This document shows, one piece after another, positions 29,006 through 38,050 of a DNA stretch of 64,000 nt. The notes under the pieces are model-generated. The model did not search any database. It was not told the DNA's origin and saw only the letters and a program-made list of their open reading frames with translations. The first letter of the stretch is position 1, and each line of letters opens with the position of its first letter. The stretch lies in the NCBI GenBank assembly GCA_035546575.1, contig DASZWN010000002.1, positions 187,319 through 251,318 on the forward strand. Reading direction: 5' to 3'. This stretch comes from Minisyncoccota bacterium (lineage in GTDB: Bacteria; Patescibacteriota; Minisyncoccia; Phycocordibacterales; SBAW01). The position numbers and the translations under genes were made by a program.

Positions 29006-29257
29006 TTATTTGCTGGCTACAAGTTTGCGATAAAGTTCGAGAAGATTTCTGGTCTGTTGCCGCTCGGGAGTGTCCTTTTGGTGCATCTCCATGCGGGCTT
29101 TGTGCACCTGGAGCTTTTGATACTCGGAGAAGATTCTTGGCAGAAGTTTTTGATGTCCGCGCTTCTCTAATGCCTGCTTAAGAGCGTCTAAAACTTTTTT
29201 CGGCTCACTCGTTTGTGTTTGCGAGAGCGCGTGCGCGTACATTTCTTCTAATTTCAT
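29006..29257 (-). CDS. atpH: Putative ATP synthase delta (OSCP) subunit, unusually short (83 aa)
   Basis: Occupies the atpH position between atpF and atpA and is translationally coupled to both. Weak resemblance to the delta C-terminal region. Assignment is by synteny. Confidence 0.45.
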   Translation of the reverse strand: MKLEEMYAHALSQTQTSEPKKVLDALKQALEKRGHQKLLPRIFSEYQKLQVHKARMEMHQKDTPERQQTRNLLELYRKLVASK

Positions 29258-29703
29258 GCTCGTTTTTCGTTAAGGACCTTTTCAGCTCCGAGCACGATCA
29301 TCTTTGCAACCTCCTCACGACTCTCGGTGATTGCCTGCACTTTCAATTCTTTTGCTTGCGCCTCTGCCTCTGTGAGGATGCGCTGCGCTGCGCTCTCGCC
29401 CTGTGTAATAAGCTCGCGTTCCTTCTGCGAGCCCGCAGTGCGCGCCTGAGAGACAATGGTGTCTGCCTCGCGGCCGGCCTCGGCAAGCTTGGCTGCACGA
29501 GAGTGTTCAATCTGCGCAAGCTCCTCGTGCGCCTTTTGCGCATCTGCTACACCCTGCATAACCTTTTGGCGGCGCTCCTCGAGCATCCGCATGACCGGCC
29601 CGTACAAAAAGTACCAAAGGCCGACAAGCAAGATGCCAAAGTTAAGCCCCTGAATTAAGAGGAGCTTCCAATCAATGCCAAAAGTTGTAAAGATTGCTTG
29701 CAT
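29254..29703 (-). CDS. atpF: F-type ATP synthase subunit b
   Basis: N-terminal TM segment plus a long charged helix (AEAQAKELK...). Confidence 0.85.
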   Translation of the reverse strand: MQAIFTTFGIDWKLLLIQGLNFGILLVGLWYFLYGPVMRMLEERRQKVMQGVADAQKAHEELAQIEHSRAAKLAEAGREADTIVSQARTAGSQKERELITQGESAAQRILTEAEAQAKELKVQAITESREEVAKMIVLGAEKVLNEKRA

Positions 29704-29817
29704 GGGATTATGCGAAGGAAAATGTTCTTAAAAAATAGTCTGGCCCGAGAGAATTCCGCGAAGACGGAATTGCGATACGGGAGACCCGAGGACTTTTTTT
29801 AAGGACATTTTTTGGAG

Positions 29818-30069
<252 letters not shown>

Positions 30070-30072
30070 TTA

Positions 30073-30834
30073 TTAATGCGCTGCCTTGTGGCTCCCATGC
30101 GGCTCCTCGACCGCCAGCTTAATGTACGCCAGGGTAAGGATCGCAAAGATAGCTGCCTGCAAAAGCCCGATAAAGAGCTCAAATGCCATCAGCGGCACTG
30201 GCGCTATATAAGGAGCAAAAAAGGCTATCACCAAAAGGAGGGTTTCTCCCGCAAAGATCGCCCCGAAGAGCCGGAACGACAACGAGACAAGCCGTGCCAG
30301 GTTTCCGATAATCTCGAGCAACCCGATAATAAACCCCATTGCGCCTCCCCTAAAATTAACAAATTTTGAGCCATATTTCAACACGCCGAGCGTGAGGATG
30401 CCGGAAAACTCTGCTACAAAAAAAGCGATGATCGCGAGCGCGAGCGTAGTGTTTAGGTCGGCGCTTGGCACATGGAGGAGCGATGCTGTCTCTCCTTCTG
30501 TATGCACAGTAAACGGCGCGAATATGGGCAGGAATGCAAAAAAGTTTACCGTAAGCACAAACAGGAAAATAGTCGCGATAAGCGGGAAATAGCGGTTTGC
30601 GAGCTTATCGCTCTGGAGGGCCTCATGCACATAGCCATAGACGTACTCATAGGCCATCTCGATAGCGCTCTGGGTGCGACCCGGAGTGAGTTTGAGCGAG
30701 CGACCTATCAAAAAGGCGCCCAGAAGGAGCACGGCCATGATCAGCCAGGTGGTCAAAACCGTGTTGGTGACAGGTATCCCCCACACCGAGAATAAGCGCT
30801 CAGCTGCGAGCGTGATATGCAGCCCTGACTCCAT
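30073..30834 (-). CDS. atpB: F-type ATP synthase subunit a
   Basis: Conserved arginine region LSFRLFGAI, and 5-6 TM segments. Confidence 0.9.
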   Translation of the reverse strand: MESGLHITLAAERLFSVWGIPVTNTVLTTWLIMAVLLLGAFLIGRSLKLTPGRTQSAIEMAYEYVYGYVHEALQSDKLANRYFPLIATIFLFVLTVNFFAFLPIFAPFTVHTEGETASLLHVPSADLNTTLALAIIAFFVAEFSGILTLGVLKYGSKFVNFRGGAMGFIIGLLEIIGNLARLVSLSFRLFGAIFAGETLLLVIAFFAPYIAPVPLMAFELFIGLLQAAIFAILTLAYIKLAVEEPHGSHKAAH

Positions 30835-30984
30835 ATATAGGTATGTTATAGCACAAAAATTTACATCTGGCTTATCGTATTAGAGAACATCTATACCGAT
30901 GTAGTCAATAGTGTAAGAACTCTAAAAGTATAGCGTCTTCATGTAGGTGCTACAGGACGCTTAGTAGATAACCTATATACAGAT

Positions 30985-31299
30985 ATGCCCTTTATTGCTA
31001 TTGCTCTCGCAGTTTCGTTGTTTCTTGGAGGCTCAGCCGTGGTGGCACAGACTCCGCAGGCGCATAGCGCAGCGGCGCACGCAGCTCATGCCTGGGACTT
31101 TTTTGAAGCAAAAGTAACCGGCCACGAGCGCGTTGATGCAGACACTACTGCTACAAGCACTACGCAGGTACAAGGCGGACTCCGCGTCCGCTCTGATGCC
31201 GACGCAGATGCAAAGGCCGCTGATGATCGCGCAAATGGAAACGCATCTAGCGACATCAAGCTCAATGCAGACGGCTCTCTCAAAGTAAACGTGTTCTAA
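30985..31299 (+). CDS. Small secreted hypothetical protein (signal peptide, Ala/Asp-rich)
   Basis: ORF with an N-terminal signal-like hydrophobic segment, followed by a strong terminator. Confidence 0.4.
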   Translation: MPFIAIALAVSLFLGGSAVVAQTPQAHSAAAHAAHAWDFFEAKVTGHERVDADTTATSTTQVQGGLRVRSDADADAKAADDRANGNASSDIKLNADGSLKVNVF

Positions 31300-31344
31300 C
31301 GCCTGGGCGGGGTTGTAGTCATTCCTCCACATCGGGTTGCAGAC

Positions 31345-31377
31345 AAAAACTCCCCGCTATTACGCGGGGAGTTTTTG
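31345..31377. terminator. Bidirectional intrinsic terminator (AAAAACTCCCCGC-TATTAC-GCGGGGAGTTTTT)
   Basis: Perfect 13-nt arms that include the A and T runs. Confidence 0.75.
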
Positions 31378-31384
31378 TTGCGGA

Positions 31385-31879
31385 CTATTCCTGTGCTGAA
31401 GGTGCAGTTGGCTCCTGCGGCATTGGTGTTGTCGGCGGTACTTCGACAGGCGGCGTCTGAGCCGGTGTACCTGTATCAGGTGTCTGTGGTGGCATGTCAA
31501 TGTCGTTAACGGGTAATGGCTGCTCAGGAAGTATATCTTGTATCGTATCAGTTCCACTAATCGTTACGATAGGGTCGGATATCTCAAGCGGTAGCGGAGG
31601 CTCGTCCGACGTTTCGTCCACGAACGATTCTCCGGAGAATGTAACTACCGCCGCGCTTATCTGAAGCGGCTGAGGCTCCCAGGTCCCCGCCTGGAACGTA
31701 TTGGCTGTCGCTTTTTCCTGGTTAAGGAAAGCGGAGAGGGTGTTGCCTATAGCTGCAATACTCCACAGCATAAGGCAGCATGCGCCGATTATAACCGCCA
31801 CCCGCGTGAGCGGGTCAGACAGTTTAGTCAACACGCGGCCGTGCAGATTGTTTTGAGTTGTAGATGGGTTGTGCTGCAT
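31385..31879 (-). CDS. Small TasA/camelysin-like protein with SipW-cognate-type signal peptide and Pro-rich C-terminus
   Basis: N-terminal ...AAIGNTLSAFLNQEKATANTFQAGTW matches the SipW-cognate motif class. The start is uncertain: ATG at 31879 or GTG at 31834, which overlaps the sipW stop codon. Confidence 0.5.
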   Translation of the reverse strand: MQHNPSTTQNNLHGRVLTKLSDPLTRVAVIIGACCLMLWSIAAIGNTLSAFLNQEKATANTFQAGTWEPQPLQISAAVVTFSGESFVDETSDEPPLPLEISDPIVTISGTDTIQDILPEQPLPVNDIDMPPQTPDTGTPAQTPPVEVPPTTPMPQEPTAPSAQE

Positions 31880-32426
31880 GTGATGGTGAGGGTTTGCGTT
31901 CCGCTTCGGATCGCGTAAAGCGAGACGAGCGCATACGCATAAGTTCGCGCGCAATTTTGCCTAGCTCTTCGAGGATAATGAACGCTGCGGGTACTCCGAC
32001 CAAGAGCATAAAGCCCAGTGGCTTGCGCGCGAAGTCGAGCACATAGCCTACAAACGGAATCGTGAGTAGCACTTTGCCATGCACCTCTCCGATCGGCGTG
32101 GGCGTTGGATCCGGAGCATCGTTCGCATCGCCTTTGGTCGTAAAGACTCTGTCCGCTCCTGTGCCCTCAACCGCAACAATACGGTGAGTGGTCGGGATCT
32201 GCGTTTTTGTGTCTTGGCCAAAGGTAATGATGTCGCCAATCTCGTAACTGCTCGCGGGCATATCTATGACGATCCCGCCGGTCTTAATAGTCGGCTCCAT
32301 CGAGCCCGACTTGACTACCTTTACCTGGATGTGCGCCAAGGGCACGAGCGAGATCATGAGCAGACCGCCAAGCACGGCGACTGCCGCTACAAACATCCAA
32401 TAGATTCCTTTATAGAGCCATTGCAT
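31824..32426 (-). CDS. sipW: Signal peptidase I, SipW/archaeal-ER type
   Basis: N-terminal TM segment, then the catalytic SGSMEPT motif and a downstream His. Embedded among TasA-like genes. Confidence 0.8.
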   Translation of the reverse strand: MQWLYKGIYWMFVAAVAVLGGLLMISLVPLAHIQVKVVKSGSMEPTIKTGGIVIDMPASSYEIGDIITFGQDTKTQIPTTHRIVAVEGTGADRVFTTKGDANDAPDPTPTPIGEVHGKVLLTIPFVGYVLDFARKPLGFMLLVGVPAAFIILEELGKIARELMRMRSSRFTRSEAERKPSPSHAAQPIYNSKQSARPRVD

Positions 32427-32432
32427 ACGTTA

Positions 32433-33680
32433 TTACTGTTGATTCAGGCTTGAGCACGTGAAGTTGCTGTTATTGCGAGACTGCGTTGCATAGAACGTAA
32501 TATCCGCAAGCGTCGAGTCTGTTTGTGCTGCGTTGCTGACCGATGACCCATCGCACGAGATAGCTCCGCTGCCGTCTACCGAGAGTGTGCCTGCGCACCA
32601 TGCCGAGCCAATGTAGTCGGTAGTGTTGCCCAGGAGCGGCCCGCCAAGCGTTGTTGAGTCGTGGATAGCAAGCGTGGTCGTACCTGATGAATTGAAGATG
32701 TTCGTGTACGTTCCTGCGCCAACTGGTGTTTCTGTCGGCGGGTTATAGATGCCGTCTTGGTTGAGGTCGTGCCACAAGAAGAGCTGCAGATACTGCCCCA
32801 ACTCGCCGTTGAGTCCATTTGCAGGACCGGCATCGCCCGCATCGATTTCTGGATCGATGAGATCGTTCTCGTTGTTGCGGACATTGCCGACCTCCATACA
32901 TGCCCATGCATCGTTGGTAGCGACATGGAGCGAGAGCACGTCGCGGCCCTGGTCGGCCGGCTTTACGTCGTCGAAGTTCCAGATCGGCTGGCCCGTGAGA
33001 TCGATCGGGTCAGACCACGTGTTGCCCGCGCCATGCACCTCAAGGCGAAAGCGCACGCCTGCCGGATTCTGCACTTGGTCAGGCGGGCTCGACTGGGCAT
33101 CGTTTTGCCCAAGCACCACAAGCGTGTTAACGCCTTGGTTTATCCACGAAGGGTCAATGATATAGCTGTCGGCAGACACATGCTGGTCGTTGCTTGCAAA
33201 GCCTGCGCCCAGGTCGACATCGTGGCCGTTGAGCGTTGCTTTGTAGCGGTTATCTGCGGTGATAGCGAGCGATGCGCTCGTAACGGTGCCCGTCCAGTTG
33301 AAGGTGCGCGTGAATGTTTTTTGTACATTGCTGTTAATAGCGTCGTTTGCGGCAGGATTCTCAGACCAGATCCAGGTCGAGCTTGCAAGAAGCGGGCTCG
33401 AGGAGGCTGTCCAGTATTGCGTCGTGATCGGCGTGTCGGTAATCACTACCGCTGCATGGCTATCGACTTGCGTTTGCGGGTCCGACACTACCACGAGGTC
33501 GGTCGCCGCCGCATTGCCGTTGTAGGTCGAGAGGCTGTGATCGACCTTGAGATCGATCGACCCTGCGGTGAAGATGTTCCCTGCGGAGGTCTCTGTATCG
33601 GAGAAGAACGCTCCTGTTGAGGCGGTAGCGACCGCGCCGACAAAGATGATCGTTCCGAGGCTGAATAAGATTCGTTTCAT
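32433..33680 (-). CDS. TasA/camelysin-family protein with SipW-cognate signal peptide, paralog C; TasA core is at the C-terminus (permuted arrangement)
   Basis: N-terminal MKRILFSLGTIIFVGAVATASTGAFFSDTETSAGNIFTAGSIDLKVD. Core motifs DVKPADQGRDVLSLHVATNDAWAC, AWCAGT and QSRNNSNFTC. Confidence 0.7.
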   Translation of the reverse strand: MKRILFSLGTIIFVGAVATASTGAFFSDTETSAGNIFTAGSIDLKVDHSLSTYNGNAAATDLVVVSDPQTQVDSHAAVVITDTPITTQYWTASSSPLLASSTWIWSENPAANDAINSNVQKTFTRTFNWTGTVTSASLAITADNRYKATLNGHDVDLGAGFASNDQHVSADSYIIDPSWINQGVNTLVVLGQNDAQSSPPDQVQNPAGVRFRLEVHGAGNTWSDPIDLTGQPIWNFDDVKPADQGRDVLSLHVATNDAWACMEVGNVRNNENDLIDPEIDAGDAGPANGLNGELGQYLQLFLWHDLNQDGIYNPPTETPVGAGTYTNIFNSSGTTTLAIHDSTTLGGPLLGNTTDYIGSAWCAGTLSVDGSGAISCDGSSVSNAAQTDSTLADITFYATQSRNNSNFTCSSLNQQ

Positions 33681-33700
33681 ATGCGTGTGCTGATAATTGA

Positions 33701-35026
33701 TTACGGAGTAACGCCCGTTACCGAGACGTTGTCGATATAGACATGGTCACTCGAGTTCGTCGCCGTGACGCTGAAGCGGACTTTGACTGCCGCTTTGTTG
33801 TCGGCCGACGGCGAAAGCGAGAATGTTTTAGTAGTAGTGTCAGAATCGACACCGGTTGTTTCAAGCGTCGTCCACGTCGCTCCGTTGTCTGAGGAGTACG
33901 CGACGGTAAGCGTGAGCGGTGCGCCCGGAGGAGCGTCGATGTTGCGGTCGTACTTGAGGGTTATGTTGTGATACCCGGTTGTCGAGAAGGCCACAGTGGT
34001 AAGCGTCGAGGTCTTGCCCGATGCCTTGCCGGCGTCGAGGAACGCGACTTTGCCATACGGCGATCCCCAATCATCGCCCACTACTTTGCCCGTGGTGTCC
34101 CACTTGGTGTTGTCGACTTTGTTGAAGTCCTTACCCTTGCTGCAGGAGTTGAAGTCGTCCGCAAAGAGAGTCGAGGTGGTCGGAGGCGTTGTCGAGTCGC
34201 CGGCAACCTGCCCGCTGCAGAGATATGAGCCGTTGTTGCGCGCTTGCGCGACCGAAAAGCTCACGTCTGCCTTGATGCCGTCGCTCTGGACGATATTGCC
34301 GACATCAGTGCCGCTGCATGAGAAGCCGGTTCCGCGTACAAGCGGTCCGTTGGTAGCACCCGCAAGCTTGCCTTTGCCGTCTTGGGGTTTAGGCGCCACG
34401 GTCATAGTGCCAAAGCACCATGCCTTGCCGATGTAGCGCACCGTGTCGCCAGGAATGTATTTGCCCGAGTCATTCCAGATGCTCTTGCTCGCGTCTGCGA
34501 GCGTCCATTGCTGGCCGTTGAAGAGGTCTTTCGCAAGACCTTGCTTGAAGATCTGCTCGCCAGCCTCGTACACGTTGTCGCCATCGTCTGCCCAGAAGTC
34601 GAAGTAGAGGTTGTTCTGCAGCTCGCCGTCGTTCGTGCCAGTCGTTGGATCGACAGCCGCTTCAGGCTCGTTCTGCCCGTTCTCTGGCGTTGCAGTTGTT
34701 TTGATGTTCATGCACGCCCACGCGTTGTTATTGTTTACGTGGAGCGAGATCGTATCTTCGCCAATGTCACCCGGCTTGAGGTCGAGGAAGTTGAAGAAGA
34801 GCTTCCCCGCCAGATTCGATAGCTGCCACGAAGTCGCAAGGCTCAGGGCGAGCACACCGAGATTGTTGGTGACATAACTTTCGTTATCGACTTGGAGGTC
34901 AACCACGCCGGAGGCGAAGGTGTTCCCCGTCGACGAGTTCTGGTCGGCGAAGAATGCTCCCGTGCCGCCGGCGAGCAAAGCGCCGGCAAACACGATAGAG
35001 CCCAAACTGAGTAATATTTTTTTCAT
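33701..35026 (-). CDS. TasA/camelysin-family protein with SipW-cognate signal peptide, paralog B
   Basis: N-terminal MKKILLSLGSIVFAGALLAGGTGAFFADQNSSTGNTFASGVVDLQVD. Core motifs LKPGDIGEDTISLHVNNNNAWAC, AWCFGT and AQARNNGSYLCS. Confidence 0.75.
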   Translation of the reverse strand: MKKILLSLGSIVFAGALLAGGTGAFFADQNSSTGNTFASGVVDLQVDNESYVTNNLGVLALSLATSWQLSNLAGKLFFNFLDLKPGDIGEDTISLHVNNNNAWACMNIKTTATPENGQNEPEAAVDPTTGTNDGELQNNLYFDFWADDGDNVYEAGEQIFKQGLAKDLFNGQQWTLADASKSIWNDSGKYIPGDTVRYIGKAWCFGTMTVAPKPQDGKGKLAGATNGPLVRGTGFSCSGTDVGNIVQSDGIKADVSFSVAQARNNGSYLCSGQVAGDSTTPPTTSTLFADDFNSCSKGKDFNKVDNTKWDTTGKVVGDDWGSPYGKVAFLDAGKASGKTSTLTTVAFSTTGYHNITLKYDRNIDAPPGAPLTLTVAYSSDNGATWTTLETTGVDSDTTTKTFSLSPSADNKAAVKVRFSVTATNSSDHVYIDNVSVTGVTP

Positions 35027-35066
35027 GTCAGATGTTCAGTGAATGCTGGTTTCCCGTTAAGAGAAA

Positions 35067-36611
35067 CTAGTTTCCGAAGTCGAAGGTCTTAGTTGTTGCC
35101 CCAATGGTGATTGAGAACTTATCTACATTGCCAGTGAAGCCGTTTGCGTATGGCTCACCCACTCGCATACCGAGCCATGAGTCGGTCGTGCGGGTCTTAA
35201 TTCCTGGATAGTCAGCAAGAATATCAGCCCAGGTCTTAAGCGTTGTGCCTGGAGTTCCAACTTGGCCTATATGAGGTCCTGCTGTGGGAGTAGGCCATAC
35301 AGACCCAGAGAAACTCCACTTAGCTGCACCACCCTGTATTGCATCCCAATTCTGCCATGTATCCGCAACTACTGAGCCGTTTTGCTTCGGTACGAATACG
35401 AGACGATTCTGGAAGGTGTCAGAGCCGTTGAAGTCTACGTTAAAGTTAAGGTATGCATCGCGTCCCGTACCAGGTGAGCCATCTCCTGCAGATTGCGCAA
35501 GAGTACTAAAGCTCATTGCACTAATTGTAGAGAGTGGAACGTTGCTGAACTGATAGGTTGCGAGATTGCGACGCTGAGAGCCAGTTACGGTCATTTGTGC
35601 GCTATTTGACCCAAGCGGAGGAGTGCCTGGACCTGAAACAAACGATCCAAGCGAGTTATCAATGACATCACTTTCATCGTTATAGAAGAACCACTTATCT
35701 GACCCGAATGCCGTTGCAAGATCTGCATGCGCAGTATTTGGCTGAAGATCATTTGTGGTTACATCAATTTCTGTAGAAGCCGGCGCCGTACAAGTGAAGT
35801 TTCCGTTATTGCGAGCCTGCTCTACACGCAATGATATATCTGCCGTGTATGAGTCAGTCTGAACATTATTGCCCATAGATGTACCGTTACATACTGGTGT
35901 TATGCCAGGACCACCCGCGGTAAATGTACCTGCGCACCATGCAAAGCCCAAATAACGGGTCTGTGTGCCAGGAATAGCACCTGTTCCCGAATCTGCAAGC
36001 GTAAATGATTGAGGGGTTACAGGTGCCCCAGCTGAGTGTGTACCAACTTCATCTGCGTCCCAGATGTTATTACCTGCATTTGCACCTGCGCCATTGTCAG
36101 ACCAGATCAAGAAATCCAGATTTGATGCAAGCTCGCCCGTTGCAAGTCCATTTGCATCAACAGCAGCCTCAGGCTCTGTTTGCGTATTGTCGTTGTTGTG
36201 GATATTAGATATATCTGCGCAAGCATACGCATCATTGTTGTCGATATGGAGCGAGATTGTATTTTCGCCCTCGTCTCCTGGCTTTATATCGTTAAAGTTA
36301 AAGAATTGATTGGTCGGACCAAGGTTGGTTGCCAGCCAGGTGCCACTGCATGCACTACCTTGAGCCGGATATGGAGCATTCCCTACCCAGTAATATCCTG
36401 GAGTTTCCAGAGTAGTGCTAGAAGTAGGAGTCAAGAGAGTGCAAATATTACCGTTATAATGCTGCGTTGAATCAACGGTAAGGTCGATAGCACCTGCGCT
36501 GAAGGTGTTGCCTGTTGAGGTTTCTGTATCGCTAAAGAACGCGCCCGTTGCGCCCCAGGCCACTGCGCCCACAAATACGATCGCGCCCAAACTCATTAAT
36601 ATTCGTTTCAT
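35067..36611 (-). CDS. TasA/camelysin-family protein with SipW-cognate signal peptide, paralog A (first gene of locus)
   Basis: N-terminal MKRILMSLGAIVFVGAVAWGATGAFFSDTETSTGNTFSAGAIDLTVD. Core motifs IKPGDEGENTISLHIDNNDAYAC, AWCAGT and EQARNNGNFTC. Confidence 0.72.
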   Translation of the reverse strand: MKRILMSLGAIVFVGAVAWGATGAFFSDTETSTGNTFSAGAIDLTVDSTQHYNGNICTLLTPTSSTTLETPGYYWVGNAPYPAQGSACSGTWLATNLGPTNQFFNFNDIKPGDEGENTISLHIDNNDAYACADISNIHNNDNTQTEPEAAVDANGLATGELASNLDFLIWSDNGAGANAGNNIWDADEVGTHSAGAPVTPQSFTLADSGTGAIPGTQTRYLGFAWCAGTFTAGGPGITPVCNGTSMGNNVQTDSYTADISLRVEQARNNGNFTCTAPASTEIDVTTNDLQPNTAHADLATAFGSDKWFFYNDESDVIDNSLGSFVSGPGTPPLGSNSAQMTVTGSQRRNLATYQFSNVPLSTISAMSFSTLAQSAGDGSPGTGRDAYLNFNVDFNGSDTFQNRLVFVPKQNGSVVADTWQNWDAIQGGAAKWSFSGSVWPTPTAGPHIGQVGTPGTTLKTWADILADYPGIKTRTTDSWLGMRVGEPYANGFTGNVDKFSITIGATTKTFDFGN

Positions 36612-36682
36612 TAGTAAGATTGATTATTTCTAATTTTCTAATTCTTTCGCTGCGGCTATGAGACGACCGACCTCGTTACTCA

Positions 36683-36730
36683 AATAAAAAGGCCGCCTCC
36701 TGGTGCGTGAGTACGCAACAAAAAGCGGCC
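36683..36730 (-). promoter_or_regulatory. Terminator-like hairpin (GGCCGC...GCGGCC followed by TTTTTATTT on the minus strand) in the leader region upstream of the TasA-like operon
   Basis: Read from the sequence. It lies about 75 nt upstream of the first tasA-like start codon. Candidate attenuator or upstream terminator. Confidence 0.35.
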
Positions 36731-37094
36731 CATCTATGGGTGCCTGCCTTGCGATTCGCCGGAAACACAATCCCCATGTGTGTATTCCAAAACTGCTATG
36801 GATAATGTTGACGGAACAGAACTCTAAACAGAAACCCTGTCGCTTTTGTTGCGACGTAAACGAAATGTAGCATCACAAAAATGAAGCTAGAGTAAAGTCG
36901 AATATATTTTTGTTGAAAACTCTGTGGGCAACACGTTGGCAATCATGTATAACCTGTTGATAGAAAATTCGAGAGTATTTTTTAGTTACACGCAACGGAT
37001 TGACAGATTCTTTTGAGAGCGCATAGTGAGAGTATTGGGAACCAGCCCGGCCATGCGCCGACGGTTCTTTACACTCAAATAAGAGAGGCCTACT

Positions 37095-37457
37095 ATGCGG
37101 CTCATTCGCAGGCTTTTACTAGGGTTGTGCCTCCTTCCAGGAGTTGCGCAGGCGGGACCCGCCTTCGAGGAAGATCGCGACTTTCTGAACAAGAGTCACC
37201 TGTATTGCGAGGGGGAAACGGCGGAGAATCTTCCCTTCTTTGCTATTGTCGACATGGAAAACGAAAAAGACGTTGCCTCTATGGAGGAGATGGGAATATC
37301 CTGCAGGATATTCAAGGGCAGTAACCTTACGTTCTTGGGCTCTCTCGCCATAGACGTCAAAGGCAATACGCCAACCTACAAGGTGACCATCTACGAATTT
37401 TGCGACGACAACCATGTCAGTTGGTATCACTGGGAGTACGAGAATATTCGCTACTAG
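37095..37457 (+). CDS. Small secreted Cys-containing hypothetical protein (120 aa)
   Basis: RBS AAGAGAGG, signal peptide MRLIRRLLLGLCLLPGVAQA. Contains the 18-bp palindrome AATATCCTGCAGGATATT. Confidence 0.5.
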   Translation: MRLIRRLLLGLCLLPGVAQAGPAFEEDRDFLNKSHLYCEGETAENLPFFAIVDMENEKDVASMEEMGISCRIFKGSNLTFLGSLAIDVKGNTPTYKVTIYEFCDDNHVSWYHWEYENIRY

Positions 37458-37575
37458 TGCACGGCTTTCCACAACTCTGTATCTGAATTGTCTTGTATCT
37501 CATACACAAACGATACATAGTGCAATAAGGAAACGCCGGGCATGACTTCAACCCGTTCTTTGAAAGGAACACGTC

Positions 37576-37983
37576 ATGCGGTTACTGAAATATGCGCTTC
37601 TTGCGCTTTCCCTATCGGTTACGGCTCCTGTGCAAGCACAGGAAATCGAGCCGATCGTTATCGGCGCCAACGAACACATAGACGCGTTCGGCGCCTGCTT
37701 GAACGAAGAATCTACTCAGTCTCTGGTCAACACCGCCAAGACCATCGGCACAAGCGCTCTGCAGTTTAAGTACCTGGCAGAGCTTCAGGTATGTCAGGTG
37801 GTGCAGAATGCAAATGTGGTGGTAGACCGGCTTATCGAAATGTATATCGATGACCTGGGTATCGACGAACCCCACATAATGTGGGAAGTCGAACTTCGGA
37901 TTCTCAACTGGAACGGCACCTCTGTACGGGTATGGGCACTCATGAACCGTCCCGTAATCAAATCTGCAAAGGGTTCAATCTGA
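37576..37983 (+). CDS. Small secreted hypothetical protein (135 aa)
   Basis: RBS AAAGGAA, signal peptide MRLLKYALLALSLSVTAPVQA. Confidence 0.5.
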   Translation: MRLLKYALLALSLSVTAPVQAQEIEPIVIGANEHIDAFGACLNEESTQSLVNTAKTIGTSALQFKYLAELQVCQVVQNANVVVDRLIEMYIDDLGIDEPHIMWEVELRILNWNGTSVRVWALMNRPVIKSAKGSI

Positions 37984-38050
37984 ACCTTTTTACTCGCCGC
38001 GGCCAAAAGCTGCGGCGGTTTCTTTTTGCATGATAAAATCACGTTATCCT

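Noticed and set aside
32757-33620. 287-aa plus-strand ORF
   Set aside because: Anti-sense to TasA-like paralog C.
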